This document shows positions 11,728 to 22,654 of a stretch of 64,000 nt of DNA, piece after piece (positions within the stretch are counted from its first letter, which is position 1; each line of letters starts with the position of its first letter). Both the position numbers and the translations under genes were made by a program. The stretch spans positions 1-64,000 of the forward strand of contig JBHGNT010000059.1 in assembly GCA_043228905.1 (NCBI GenBank), given 5' to 3'. Below the pieces are notes generated by a model. That model saw only the letters and a list, made by a program, of their open reading frames with translations. It ran no database searches and was not told the origin of the DNA. Origin of the DNA: Azolla caroliniana. Its lineage: Eukaryota > Plantae > Polypodiophyta.

Positions 11728-14453
11728 AAGAAAGAGTAAAGAGGTGTCATGGATTTGGCTTTTGTATTGATGAAACAAATCCTTAGGTCAGCTCATTTCT
11801 AGATGCATATGGATCAAGGACTTTCCTATTGGCATATATTGAGGAGTTCCTTTTGAAGCATATGTATTCAATCAGGGTCCTACATTCATTGGATTGAACA
11901 CTCTTTGTTGAAGACAATTGTGGATGATCACAATTGTAACTCATAGAGTATTCTCTCTATCGTTCGCCGTTTTTGTAGATGATGTTGACCAAATTATTAG
12001 CTTTCTTTGTAGGTTCTATAAATATATATTGAATTTGCATGCATGTATATCCAGTATATGTATGCATGTGAAGTTTTACTGAGTGTTACCTAGGAATATA
12101 ATTGGATGTGTATGCAAATGAACATTGGCTTAATGCAATAAAAAGTGAACGACATATTGCAACTGATACAGGAAGTGTGACAGAAGAAGTATTAGTGAAG
12201 ATCTTGTTAATTGATGGTTGAACTTGCAATTTAAGACATTGTACTGTTGTATTGAAGGATACAATATGACAATAATATAGAACTTGACTGATAACATGTG
12301 AATCAACAGCCGATGATCAATTATAATATGTTGGACCAATTATATGATTGGATAATAATACAAAGTGTAGATGTAGAACACAATTGCCTTACACTATCCA
12401 TATTTTATGAGAGGTCTTAAAGGGCATTGACAATTTGATCCTATCTTGACAAACTTCAATTTGATAAGTAGTTTTGTGATGAATAATGTTATCATGTTGA
12501 AGTCATGAGCGACTAGAGTACATTATCTTACCAAATATTACTCTTATAACTAATGGTAGATATGTAAAGGGTAGTCATGGGTTTCATTACTCATGTATAC
12601 AAAACGCCATCTTTTTCTTGATGGCTTTGGTTTGGGACTTCCATATGATCTCTAGAGCAAGACCCATGAAAGAATTCATGTGATGTGGATGGAAAGGCTT
12701 AAAAAGTAAAGCAATTCTTGTATTTGGAATTTTGTGTTGTGGAAATAATTACAATTTCCTAGTCATCTCCTTGATACCATACCACACATATTCCCTTCTC
12801 ATCTCCTTGATACCATGCCACATAGTTTCATTGTCATCTCCTCCATAAGATGCAGCATGTCTCTACGTGCATATATGAATGTGGTCGGAGGAACAAATCA
12901 GTGTATTTTCAATTGGAGTGAATGTGTGTGACCGCAAGTATAGAGATAGTTCTGGCCATTTGATGTTATTCTAGTATCTCAAATAAAACACTCACGTTTT
13001 TTTATCCCTCAGCAACGTTACTACTGTTCTGAAGCACATGCCCATCCTCATTTAATCTTTATAAAACTGTCCAATAATGTGTTAGTTGAAGCTATCAATC
13101 ATATGGTTCGAGATATCGTTCAAGTGTTCTTGCAACGTGAATTTATAGAAGATTTTGCCTTGGTAACACAATGAAAACCAAGCTTTTGATTATGCCCTTA
13201 AATATTTCACCCAGCCATTGTTGTCACCAAAATAGTCAGTAAGGATCATGGCAATTTAGCTTGCAACCTTCGCCTATTTACTTATTTTTGGACAAGAGTA
13301 TTGGTCCCATATGACTCGGGACAATTGTCCTGCTTCTGATTATAATAAAAGATCATATCGTGTCATCTCACAAAATAGAGCAAATTAAAGTCCAATCTAG
13401 TCGTGTGGTCGCTTTTAGACATAAGAATACTAGTTACTGTCCAATGTCAATTATAATATTGCATTTCTTTCATTGTTGGTTTCAAAGAGAGTAATTATTA
13501 TATTTAGATTCGTAACTGCAACACATTCTTCCACAAAGAGAGCATGTGGACATTTGACAATTTAATGTTTATTGACACCTCTTCACTCTTTCTTTATATA
13601 TATATGGCGGCTGGGCCTTTACCATGTGGCTGTAGCTGGAAAAGAAAACCGCTCAACAATGATAATGCACATAGAAAAATATGCTTGGATATTCATGGGC
13701 GATAGTTGGAACTGATGGAAATTTAGTTTCCTCAAACGGTCAAAGAGTACACAAAAATGATCACGGAAACTTCTGAAAGAAGTCACATTCTTAAAATGCT
13801 GATCATGGGACCTTCTGAAAGAACTCACATTCTTAAAACGCTTTTTCTTTTAAAATTCTCACTTCGCTCAATCACCGATGTAAATGCGTCTTCATATTAA
13901 GGTGAGTTTGACGAAATCAAAAGCTTCACTATTTCCTTCCCACGAGAGCCATTTAAATATTTGCATGATTTTAATAGGCAAACACTTAATGCGTTTGTCA
14001 AGGAACAGAAACGGAGATCACGTGACTATGATACACCATATACAACGATTCAAAAGAACCCATAATATTCCAAGCAAAAGACCTTTTCTACATCGTTTAG
14101 ATTCCATTAAGGGGAAATGGTTGTGATGAGCAACTACTAGAGATGGCAAACCGATTACTAATAAAAATCCAAAACATTAGACAACGTTACAAAATCTTGT
14201 GAGATAAAAAACGTACTTATACACAGGTGATTTATTTTCACTGTGCCAATATGTTATTATTTGAATTGTTTCCCCACGCAGCTTATGCTATGAAGTGGCA
14301 CTTATTCAGCCTCTATAGATACCAAATCCAAGCTATAACCTAAAATTAGCCATCTCTTTTAAGGGGATAAGAAAAAAAAACAAAATTCAACCTAAAACCC
14401 TTTTTTTGGTGCAAGGATCAGAGAGTGTCCATCCATCAATCAATATCATAAAC

Positions 14454-16771
14454 CTAGTAAGTGTAGCCTTTCACAAACATCCCTTTCTTTGCTTCATCAC
14501 TTTCACCATCTTCAGTATATTTCCCAAGCTGAGCCAGAGAGTTAGCCCTAGCCCTGGTCAAGAGGGCTTGCTTTGCAGCTTCAATGTTCTCCGGCTTCCC
14601 CTGCCATGTCTTCAACACAGAGTTTTGAAGCGCCCTTGCATAAGAAAACGACACGTGCCATGGGTTTGGAGATTGGTTCATTGCATTCAGGTTCAATGTT
14701 GCCTCTACTTCAGACTGTCCTCCAGACAAAAACTGCCACAATAACAGGTGAAAACTACTGTTAGAATGTGTTTTTAACACAGTGCACCTCATAAGCAGTT
14801 TTATGTTGTACCAAGCAGTGAATTAGCATGTAAAGATAGAACTCCAAGTGTTAAAACTGAAATATACTAGCAATAAAAAATATGGATGGAAAATAGAGCA
14901 ATACCATGATGCCAGGAACAGCTGGTGGAACTCTCCTTCTAAGAAGCTTCAATGTGTACTCAGCAATAACCTCTGGTGCTTTCTTGACACCGCTGTCAGC
15001 ACCGGGGGTTACCATACTTGGCTTCAACAAGATGCCCTCGTACGTGACATTGTTTTTGGCAAGGAAGTAGAACACCTCGTTCCAGACCTTCTCGGCAACC
15101 TCAAGCGTTCTATCAATGCTATGATCCCCATCTAAAAGGACCTCCGGCTCCACAATTGGGACTAGACCATTATCCTGCACATCATACAAGGAGGAGAAGT
15201 AGTTCTGTGTCAACACCACTAAGATTTTCAGGAAGACCAATCCACATTCTAGACTCACATGATGTCAAAAGATTTAAGATAGTAGAGCGTCAATCTATAT
15301 GCCCAATACCAAACCTGAGAAATTGCAGCATATCGAGCAAGGCCCCATGCAGCCTCTTGTATTGCTAGTTCAGATGGACCATTAGGAATACTTATCACAG
15401 TTCTCCTGAAAGAAGGCAGAGGTTCTAATGAGTAAGAAATTCTGTCTGATTGAGATGAGATAGGAATCATCTATGACGTGGAAACACATGAACTAAATAA
15501 CTTACCACTTGGCAAACCGCGCTCCTTGCTTGTAATATTCAGCAGATCTCGAAGCAAGACCATCAAGACCTTGGCACCATGATTCATTGTTGGAACCAGG
15601 TAGGGGAACCAAACCCTGCAAAAGCATAGAAGGGCAAAAAGGGGAGTTTCACACACTAATTTCAAGCACAGCTGAAGAGAAGACATGTTAATACCCAGCA
15701 TGCAACAAAGATTTAGGAGGAGCAAAAGAAGAAGAAGAAATTGAAGGACTAACATTAAATACTCAGTTAGATATATACCTTGTCGACCTTGATGCCCGGA
15801 ACAATACTCTGCTCCTTGAGACAGTCAACAAATTTCTGACCTGACAGGGTCGACTGATAGAGGGTCTCCTCAAAGAGGATCGCACCTGATATGTATTGTC
15901 CAAGGCCAGGGGTGGTGCAGAGGAGTTCTCGATATGCCTGACGGTTCACCTCATTGTTCTCTAGACCAATGGAAGCAAGCCTCTTACCACAAGTGGCGTT
16001 GGACTCATCCATAGCAAGGATCCCTCGGCCCGGAGAAGCAATACTTTTCTGAAAACCAAAACAAAAATTGGCAAGACAGTGCGCGTTTATGGTATGAATT
16101 GGGAACATATAATATTTCATCAGTGTAAAGTTTTGGGGATCAACATTCAGATGCAGCAATAACATGAAATGATGATGGAAGATCCAAGCATTATCTCAAG
16201 ATCTGAGAAGGAAACAAATAGTCAGCATAAAATGGTCGTGCCTATAGGAGAAATATCTCATAAAGACAGAGGAGTTCTCCATATGTACCTTTCAGATAAA
16301 CTATGAAGAGAGCCATAGCAGAAGAAATATCTAAATCTGCCTAACATGCACACCAGAAACATGATGTGCTCAGATCAACCTGAATTGTATGGTTTTTTTG
16401 AGCCGTGTAGAATATGTTATTAGACTTCATTGATCAAGATCTGTAATTTCTACAAAACGGACAGACTAAAACGTCCGAAATGATGAGACCAAAGAAAACA
16501 CATGCGATCCCTAAATCGTGATAGATAAGGAGAGAAGGAAAAGGATAGAAAGGGTCATAACAGGAACAGATCTAAAGAGAGGTCTTACCGCTGTCTTGAT
16601 GAGTTCATCTGTGTAGACACCCGCACGGATGGAGAGGGACGGTGACGGGACTGTAAGAGAAGAAGAAGGCGATGACGATGCTGGTGATGAATTAGCAGAA
16701 AGCTTGAGGGAGTGGCCCAAGAACTGAGAGGGAGCGAGAGACATAGCCGACTGCATCAGCGAGGAAGCCAT
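14454..16771 (-). CDS. FBA: Plastid class I fructose-bisphosphate aldolase, 6 exons, 400 aa
   Basis: Exons 16589-16771, 15779-16048, 15506-15615, 15315-15405, 14905-15174, 14454-14732 (1203 nt, GT-AG). Ser-rich transit peptide; [37 protein letters not shown] (Schiff-base Lys), [18 protein letters not shown]-terminal Tyr. Confidence 0.97.
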
Positions 16772-16898
16772 GGAAGCTTTCAGTCGGTGTCGGGATGGAT
16801 GGAGAGGCAGAAGGCAAAGAGACAGAGACAGAGAGAAGTGTTCGATTCACCTTCACGATTGTGTATTATTGTGTTTGTTATAAAGAGGAGGGGAGGTG

Positions 16899-17069
16899 TG
16901 ATGTATGTATGTATGTATGTTAGTGTGCTTTCATTTGATTCGTTTACTGAGAACGACATACATACATACATACATAACATAACATTACATAACATAACAT
17001 AACATAACATACAACCGGACTGGCTCTTCATTTGTGTGTGACCCCTCGCTCGCCTCAAACCTCGGAGAA

Positions 17070-17113
<44 letters not shown>

Positions 17114-17207
17114 TACATCAATCAACATTCGACTCTTCCATCATCCCAAAGGAGCTAGAGCTAAGCCAAGCCGCCTCCTTCCTGCACACACACACACACA
17201 TATATAT
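16899..17207. repeat. Compound microsatellite cluster upstream of FBA: (TATG)n, (CATA)n/(CATAA)n, (CT)n, (CA)n
   Basis: Visible runs at ~16899-16920, 16956-17012, 17072-17112 and 17185-17207. Confidence 0.85.
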
Positions 17208-19377
17208 AACAAACAGTATGTACTATGATGCCCTGGGTCTCAAACCTTAGTATTTACCTACGTACATACTTTTAACAGTGGCATGACTCTTTTATTGGAA
17301 AAAAATTAAATTTGCCTTCCGAAAAATTAGTCAAGCTGTCTTTTTTTGAAATTAATTCCAAAATGAAGAAATGAAATTATTAGGTTTTCTATTATAAAAG
17401 CATGTGTCTGCATACTAGTTTTCGTAGATTGTGATAGACATGCAAGAATGCAATATAAAATTAGCATTTTCTCTACCTTTCATGTTGATTCAAACTCATT
17501 GATACACTCGCAAAGTAAGAGATGTGTTAGTCATTTTAATTTACACAAAAAATTAAGCTTTTGCGAACTCTAATATGCTCATTATTTTCCACTACCATAA
17601 CTCCCTTTTTTTGGTTACATCTCTCCTTTTTTAATACTGAGCATTTACTGGTCAACAATTTCGTATCTCTGAAAGAGAAAATACTTCTTATTCACATTAT
17701 TGGTTTTCTCACGATGCCTTCTGTGTATAGCAAGGCTTACTTACTAGCAATAGGTTCAAAGACGATGGATAGTAATGGATGAGAATGTAGACAGGGCAGG
17801 GCGTGGGTTGAATGAAACTCGACCATCATTCATCCAAGCAAGACACACCACACCGTCACAATTGGCAAACGCAGATCTCAGAAGCATTTACATGTTTGAA
17901 TGACGCAGTGAACATGCTAAGATGATGTAGAGGCAAGAGACCATTGTATCAGAGACTAACTGTAAGATGTATGTAATCATAGCAGCACATATGTAATCAA
18001 AGTATACTTACATCCAAATCAAACAAATGAATATACGTGATAGACCCTTAGGAAAATAGTGGAGAGAGAGAATGAGGGAACCAAATGGCGGTAGATAGAG
18101 TTCCTCATCACTGCTAGGAGCCTAGTGGATTGAAAATGATCTTTACTATGAGAGCAATAGTTGGTTGGTTCTTCTAATACGATCTCCATTCGTTCCTTCC
18201 TGTAGAATACAATCTTAGCTGTACGACCATTTCTTATGCTACCTGAAAGGAAGCACAGCACACTGGTATCGTATCAGTGCAAAAACAAGTCCTGTTGAAT
18301 TTGTGAGACACAGAGGGAGGAGAGACATATTTTGGGGATTGAAACAAAAACAAGCGTCAGATTGAGAACACAGACAGACAGGTTCGCAACTACCTTGTAT
18401 TGTGGTTAACCGACATATTTTACTGCTCTCAGAAAGATGATCGTCTACAGACGTAAATTTAAATCACAGCACGAAAGGTCACAGAGAGAGGGGGAGAAAG
18501 AGGAGGGAATCCCCATGACTCCAATGAAACATTAAATTAAACGCCGCCTCCTCGCCATACCATCCCCTCATCATGAGGAGGAGCAGTCGTCACTCCCTCG
18601 CTGTTTGAAATACAAGGCGGCAAGAGCTATTGTTGGTCTTTAAGCAAGAAATAATACAATAAAATCAGTTGACAATGAAGCTTCTATCGGATTGGTAATT
18701 TGGATGGGGTAACTTCCTCTAAAACCCTTGATCTTGGGTTCGAATCTCCTTATACCCACTCTCATGTCTTCTCTTCTACATTATAGCCTTAGCCTTAGCC
18801 GTGAGCCGTGCTATATACTCACTCTTAGAATTATCACATCATTCGAACACCTCAAACATCACCCAACCTTCATTCGTACTTTCACATTTTTAATATTATA
18901 AACCACACACGATGATGAAAATGGTAGATAGACATGGGAATGTCATGTGGAATCATGTTTGTAGTAGGAGTTACCGATCAGCCACTACTATTGCGCACAT
19001 CATGGTACGGCGAGACACGGCATTGTATGAGGGTGGCTTCAATACAACATTGTGATGGCATCGACGTTTGACGAGTTTCGCGTTGCTCGTGAGAGAGATA
19101 GCGATAGATGGATAGAGATAGATATAGGTAGGGTGGGAGTGGGTAGTGTGCGTGTGGGCACGTTACCTAATCATGTGTGCGTGGAGTTTCATTTTGCTTG
19201 TGCAATGAGCGAGCGAGGGCACGCGACCTGATCGTGCGTGCGTGCGTGCGTGTTGTGCGCGAGCGTGGGAGAAATGTGATTGAGAGGGTTATGAGAACGT
19301 CAAGACACCACACAGAGCACACCATTTACATTTACGATGTTCAGAAAGTGTATAGTTGAAAAAGTTATGTACGTTCT

Positions 19378-20454
19378 TTAAAAGTGGCGAATACAAGCGC
19401 GTGGGCGAAGATCACATTGTTGGAGAAGGCGAGAGGTTGCCACGCTTAGAAGTTGTTCCTCCTCACCGGCCTTGAAACGACGACGTTGTTCCTCATCTTG
19501 TCGTCCGGTCATGCGATAACGGCGCTCGTCCTCCTCGCGCTCGCTACTGTCTCTCTCTCGCTCGGCATCCTCTTCCCATTGACGACGTTCCCTTGACACT
19601 TGGCTATGGCGGTGACCATCATTGCGTGCCTCTTCTCCGCTAATGTATAAGGCCTCGCGGAGGCGGTTGCAACGCTCTTCTACGGGGATTTGTTCCACGT
19701 TCCTGCAGCATCTTTCGGAGGGCCTTGCATATCGGCTGATTTCATCCCAAGAGGTGCGACGGCTTCGTCCACGTTCTTCCTTCTCATTACGTTCTTGTAG
19801 GTGGCGGACCTGCCCATCGACGAAGTTTTGGCACTCTTGCCTCAACTCTCGGTCTCGTGGCTCATCGCGATCGCGGCCGCGACGATCCCGTTCCTCTTCG
19901 GACTCTCTCTTGTTGTCTCTGCGACGTCCTTCATCGAGGGATCCTTCACGACGTCGGTCGCGCCTCTCCTGCTCGACATCCTCCTCCCTACGTCGATCGC
20001 GCCTCTCGTCGCGTGACTCATCACGATCGCGACCGCGACGATCCCGTTCCTCTTCGGACTCTCTCTTGTTGTCTCCGTAGCGCCCCTCCTCGATGGACCC
20101 CTCGCGACGTCCCCCGCGCCTCTCCTCATCGAAATCCTCCTCCCTGCGTCGATCGCGCCTCTCCTCACGTGGCTCATCGCGATCGTGACTGCGACGATCC
20201 CGGTCCTCATCCGACCCTCTCTTGTTGTCTCTGTAGCGCCTCTCATCGATGGATCCCTCACGACGTCCGCTGCGCCTCTCCTCGTCGACATCCTCCTCCC
20301 TACGTCGATCGCGTCTCTCCTCGTCAATGTCTCCCTCTCTTCGTCGATCGCGCCTCTCCTCTTCGCGATCCCGTCCTACAGATCTAGCATTGGCCGCGCC
20401 GCAGGCGGCTAGCATGATAACCGCCATGAGGAATATGATAGTGAGCTTCGCCAT
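19378..20454 (-). CDS. Secreted Arg/Glu/Asp-rich 2S-albumin-like (prolamin superfamily) storage protein, copy 1, 358 aa
   Basis: Hydrophobic signal peptide ending ANA; 13-aa charged repeats; C..CC-x11-C..C-x6-C with PSERCC; intronless; RY/ABRE promoter. Confidence 0.8.
   Translation of the reverse strand: MAKLTIIFLMAVIMLAACGAANARSVGRDREEERRDRRREGDIDEERRDRRREEDVDEERRSGRREGSIDERRYRDNKRGSDEDRDRRSHDRDEPREERRDRRREEDFDEERRGGRREGSIEEGRYGDNKRESEEERDRRGRDRDESRDERRDRRREEDVEQERRDRRREGSLDEGRRRDNKRESEEERDRRGRDRDEPRDRELRQECQNFVDGQVRHLQERNEKEERGRSRRTSWDEISRYARPSERCCRNVEQIPVEERCNRLREALYISGEEARNDGHRHSQVSRERRQWEEDAERERDSSEREEDERRYRMTGRQDEEQRRRFKAGEEEQLLSVATSRLLQQCDLRPRACIRHF
19858..20364 (-). repeat. Coding minisatellite: 13 x 39 bp, grouped as three 156-bp super-repeats plus one monomer (present in every unit)
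   Basis: Residues 31-199 parse exactly into 13-mers, e.g. DEERRDRRREEDV / DEERRSGRREGSI / DERRYRDNKRGSD / EDRDRRSHDRDEP, with that block of four repeated three times. Confidence 0.9.
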
Positions 20455-20520
20455 TGCTTGTGTTCGGAACTACCCCGGTTCTCTCTCCGCCTATTTGAGT
20501 GTGTCATGGTTGATCCACCC

Positions 20521-20655
20521 TTATATACACAAGGCCATGCATGTCTAGTACATGCATGTCCCTTCCCACGTCCATTCCTATAGACGTTAATGGCATGATC
20601 CATACTTGGGCCACGGAAGAGACCATTCACTTTTCACCACCCCCCTTTACGTGTC
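20521..20655 (-). promoter_or_regulatory. Storage-protein-type promoter: TATA box, two RY/Sph elements and two ACGT/ABRE elements (repeated in every unit)
   Basis: TATATAA (minus) at 20521-20527, ~70 nt upstream of the ATG; CATGCATG at 20536-20543 and 20551-20558; ACGTGG (minus) at 20566-20571; TACGTGTC at 20648-20655. Confidence 0.75.
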
Positions 20656-21577
20656 CAGGATCCTCCTGCTTCGACCTACCATATCACTAGCCCTATACTC
20701 ACCTCCATCACACCAGGAGTGGGATTATGCACTTGGGCATTTCAAATCTACTAACCTATGGACGCTTCGTCCATATTGCAACGTAGACAGTATGTAACCT
20801 CATGATAGCCACCTACACATGTGATGCCATTGAGGTTGTAGAGTGCGTATGGGCCTCGTAAAACGAGGATAAGGTGGTGAGAAAAGGTTTTTAGGGTGTT
20901 GGTTCTCTCCACGAAAACGTGCTCGGTGGTTGTGGCCACGAGGGAGTTTAGAATCCATTGCGACCAACATACGGACGACGACACGCGTTTTCATTGTGAT
21001 TACAAGATCCGTCGTCGTTGTGGACGCTGCAACCACCGGAGGAATATGAAGGTGGCACCATTCAAGGACAACATTTCTAGGTGAAACATGCGTGGGTTGG
21101 TTGGTTCACACGATGATGAAAATGGTAGATAGACATGGGAATGTCATGTGGAATCATGTTTGTAGTAGGAGTTACGATCAGCCACTACTATTGCGCACAT
21201 CATGGTACGGCGAGACACGGCATTGTATGAGGGTGGCTTCAATACAACATTGTGATGGCATCGACGTTTGACGAGTTTCGCGTTGCTCGTGAGAGAGATA
21301 GCGATAGATGGATAGCGATAGATATAGGTAGGGTGGGAGTGGGTAGTGTGCGTGTGGGCACGTTACCTAATCATGTGTGCGTGGAGTTTCATTTTGCTTG
21401 TGCAATGAGCGAGCGAGGGCACGCGACCTGATCGTGCGTGCGTGCGTGCGTGTTGTGCGCGAGCGTGGGAGAAATATGATTGAGAGGGTTATGAGAACGT
21501 CAAGACACCACACAGAGCACACCATTTACATTTACGATGTTCAGAAAGTGTATAGTTGAAAAAGTTATGTACGTTCT

Positions 21578-22654
21578 TTAAAAGTGGCGAATACAAGCGC
21601 GTGGGCGAAGATCACATTGTTGGAGAAGGCGAGAGGTTGCCACGCTTAGAAGTTGTTCCTCCTCACCGGCCTTGAAACGACGACGTTGTTCCTCATCTTG
21701 TCGTCCGGTCATGCGATAACGGCGCTCGTCCTCCTCGCGCTCGCTACTGTCTCTCTCTCGCTCGGCATCCTCTTCCCATTGACGACGTTCCCTTGACACT
21801 TGGCTATGGCGGTGACCATCATTGCGTGCCTCTTCTCCGCTAATGTATAAGGCCTCGCGGAGGCGGTTGCAACGCTCTTCTACGGGGATTTGTTCCACGT
21901 TCCTGCAGCATCTTTCGGAGGGCCTTGCATATCGGCTGATTTCATCCCAAGAGGTGCGACGGCTTCGTCCACGTTCTTCCTTCTCATTACGTTCTTGTAG
22001 GTGGCGGACCTGCCCATCGACGAAGTTTTGGCACTCTTGCCTCAACTCTCGGTCTCGTGGCTCATCGCGATCGCGGCCGCGACGATCCCGTTCCTCTTCG
22101 GACTCTCTCTTGTTGTCTCTGCGACGTCCTTCATCGAGGGATCCTTCACGACGTCGGTCGCGCCTCTCCTGCTCGACATCCTCCTCCCTACGTCGATCGC
22201 GCCTCTCGTCGCGTGACTCATCACGATCGCGACCGCGACGATCCCGTTCCTCTTCGGACTCTCTCTTGTTGTCTCCGTAGCGCCCCTCCTCGATGGACCC
22301 CTCGCGACGTCCCCCGCGCCTCTCCTCATCGAAATCCTCCTCCCTGCGTCGATCGCGCCTCTCCTCACGTGGCTCATCGCGATCGTGACTGCGACGATCC
22401 CGGTCCTCATCCGACCCTCTCTTGTTGTCTCTGTAGCGCCTCTCATCGATGGATCCCTCACGACGTCCGCTGCGCCTCTCCTCGTCGACATCCTCCTCCC
22501 TACGTCGATCGCGTCTCTCCTCGTCAATGTCTCCCTCTCTTCGTCGATCGCGCCTCTCCTCTTCGCGATCCCGTCCTACAGATCTAGCATTGGCCGCGCC
22601 GCAGGCGGCTAGCATGATAACCGCCATGAGGAATATGATAGTGAGCTTCGCCAT
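21578..22654 (-). CDS. 2S-albumin-like R/E/D-rich protein, copy 2 (358 aa)
   Basis: Same translation as copy 1. Confidence 0.8.
   Translation of the reverse strand: MAKLTIIFLMAVIMLAACGAANARSVGRDREEERRDRRREGDIDEERRDRRREEDVDEERRSGRREGSIDERRYRDNKRGSDEDRDRRSHDRDEPREERRDRRREEDFDEERRGGRREGSIEEGRYGDNKRESEEERDRRGRDRDESRDERRDRRREEDVEQERRDRRREGSLDEGRRRDNKRESEEERDRRGRDRDEPRDRELRQECQNFVDGQVRHLQERNEKEERGRSRRTSWDEISRYARPSERCCRNVEQIPVEERCNRLREALYISGEEARNDGHRHSQVSRERRQWEEDAERERDSSEREEDERRYRMTGRQDEEQRRRFKAGEEEQLLSVATSRLLQQCDLRPRACIRHF

Noticed and set aside
12760-13845. Short direct repeats (tcatctccttgataccat x2-3 near 12763-12845; cttctgaaagaa-tcacattcttaaaa x2 near 13770-13840)
   Set aside because: Only two or three copies in AT-rich intergenic DNA, consistent with ordinary slippage duplications.
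10044-16771. OEP24 and FBA as a functional plastid gene cluster
   Set aside because: Two convergent housekeeping genes 3.4 kb apart with no shared promoter; adjacency is not evidence of co-regulation.
18700-18770. tRNA gene
   Set aside because: A B-box is present but no convincing acceptor or anticodon stems could be folded by eye.
19378-20454. Resemblance to RNA-splicing factors or trichohyalin-like R/E/D proteins
   Set aside because: Compositional similarity only. The signal peptide, lack of RNA-binding domains and prolamin-type cysteines point to a secreted or vacuolar protein.
19622-20548. Several long overlapping ORFs on the plus strand and in alternative minus frames (152, 176, 161, 99 aa, Ser/Arg-rich), repeated in each unit
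   Set aside because: Shadows of the GC-rich, low-complexity coding repeat, which has few stops in any frame. Only the 358-aa frame has a signal peptide, Cys pattern and promoter.
20606-21559. Short 60-98 aa ORFs in the unit spacer
   Set aside because: No recognisable motifs, often non-ATG starts, and one appears only when a spacer SNP removes a stop. They recur only because the unit is repeated.
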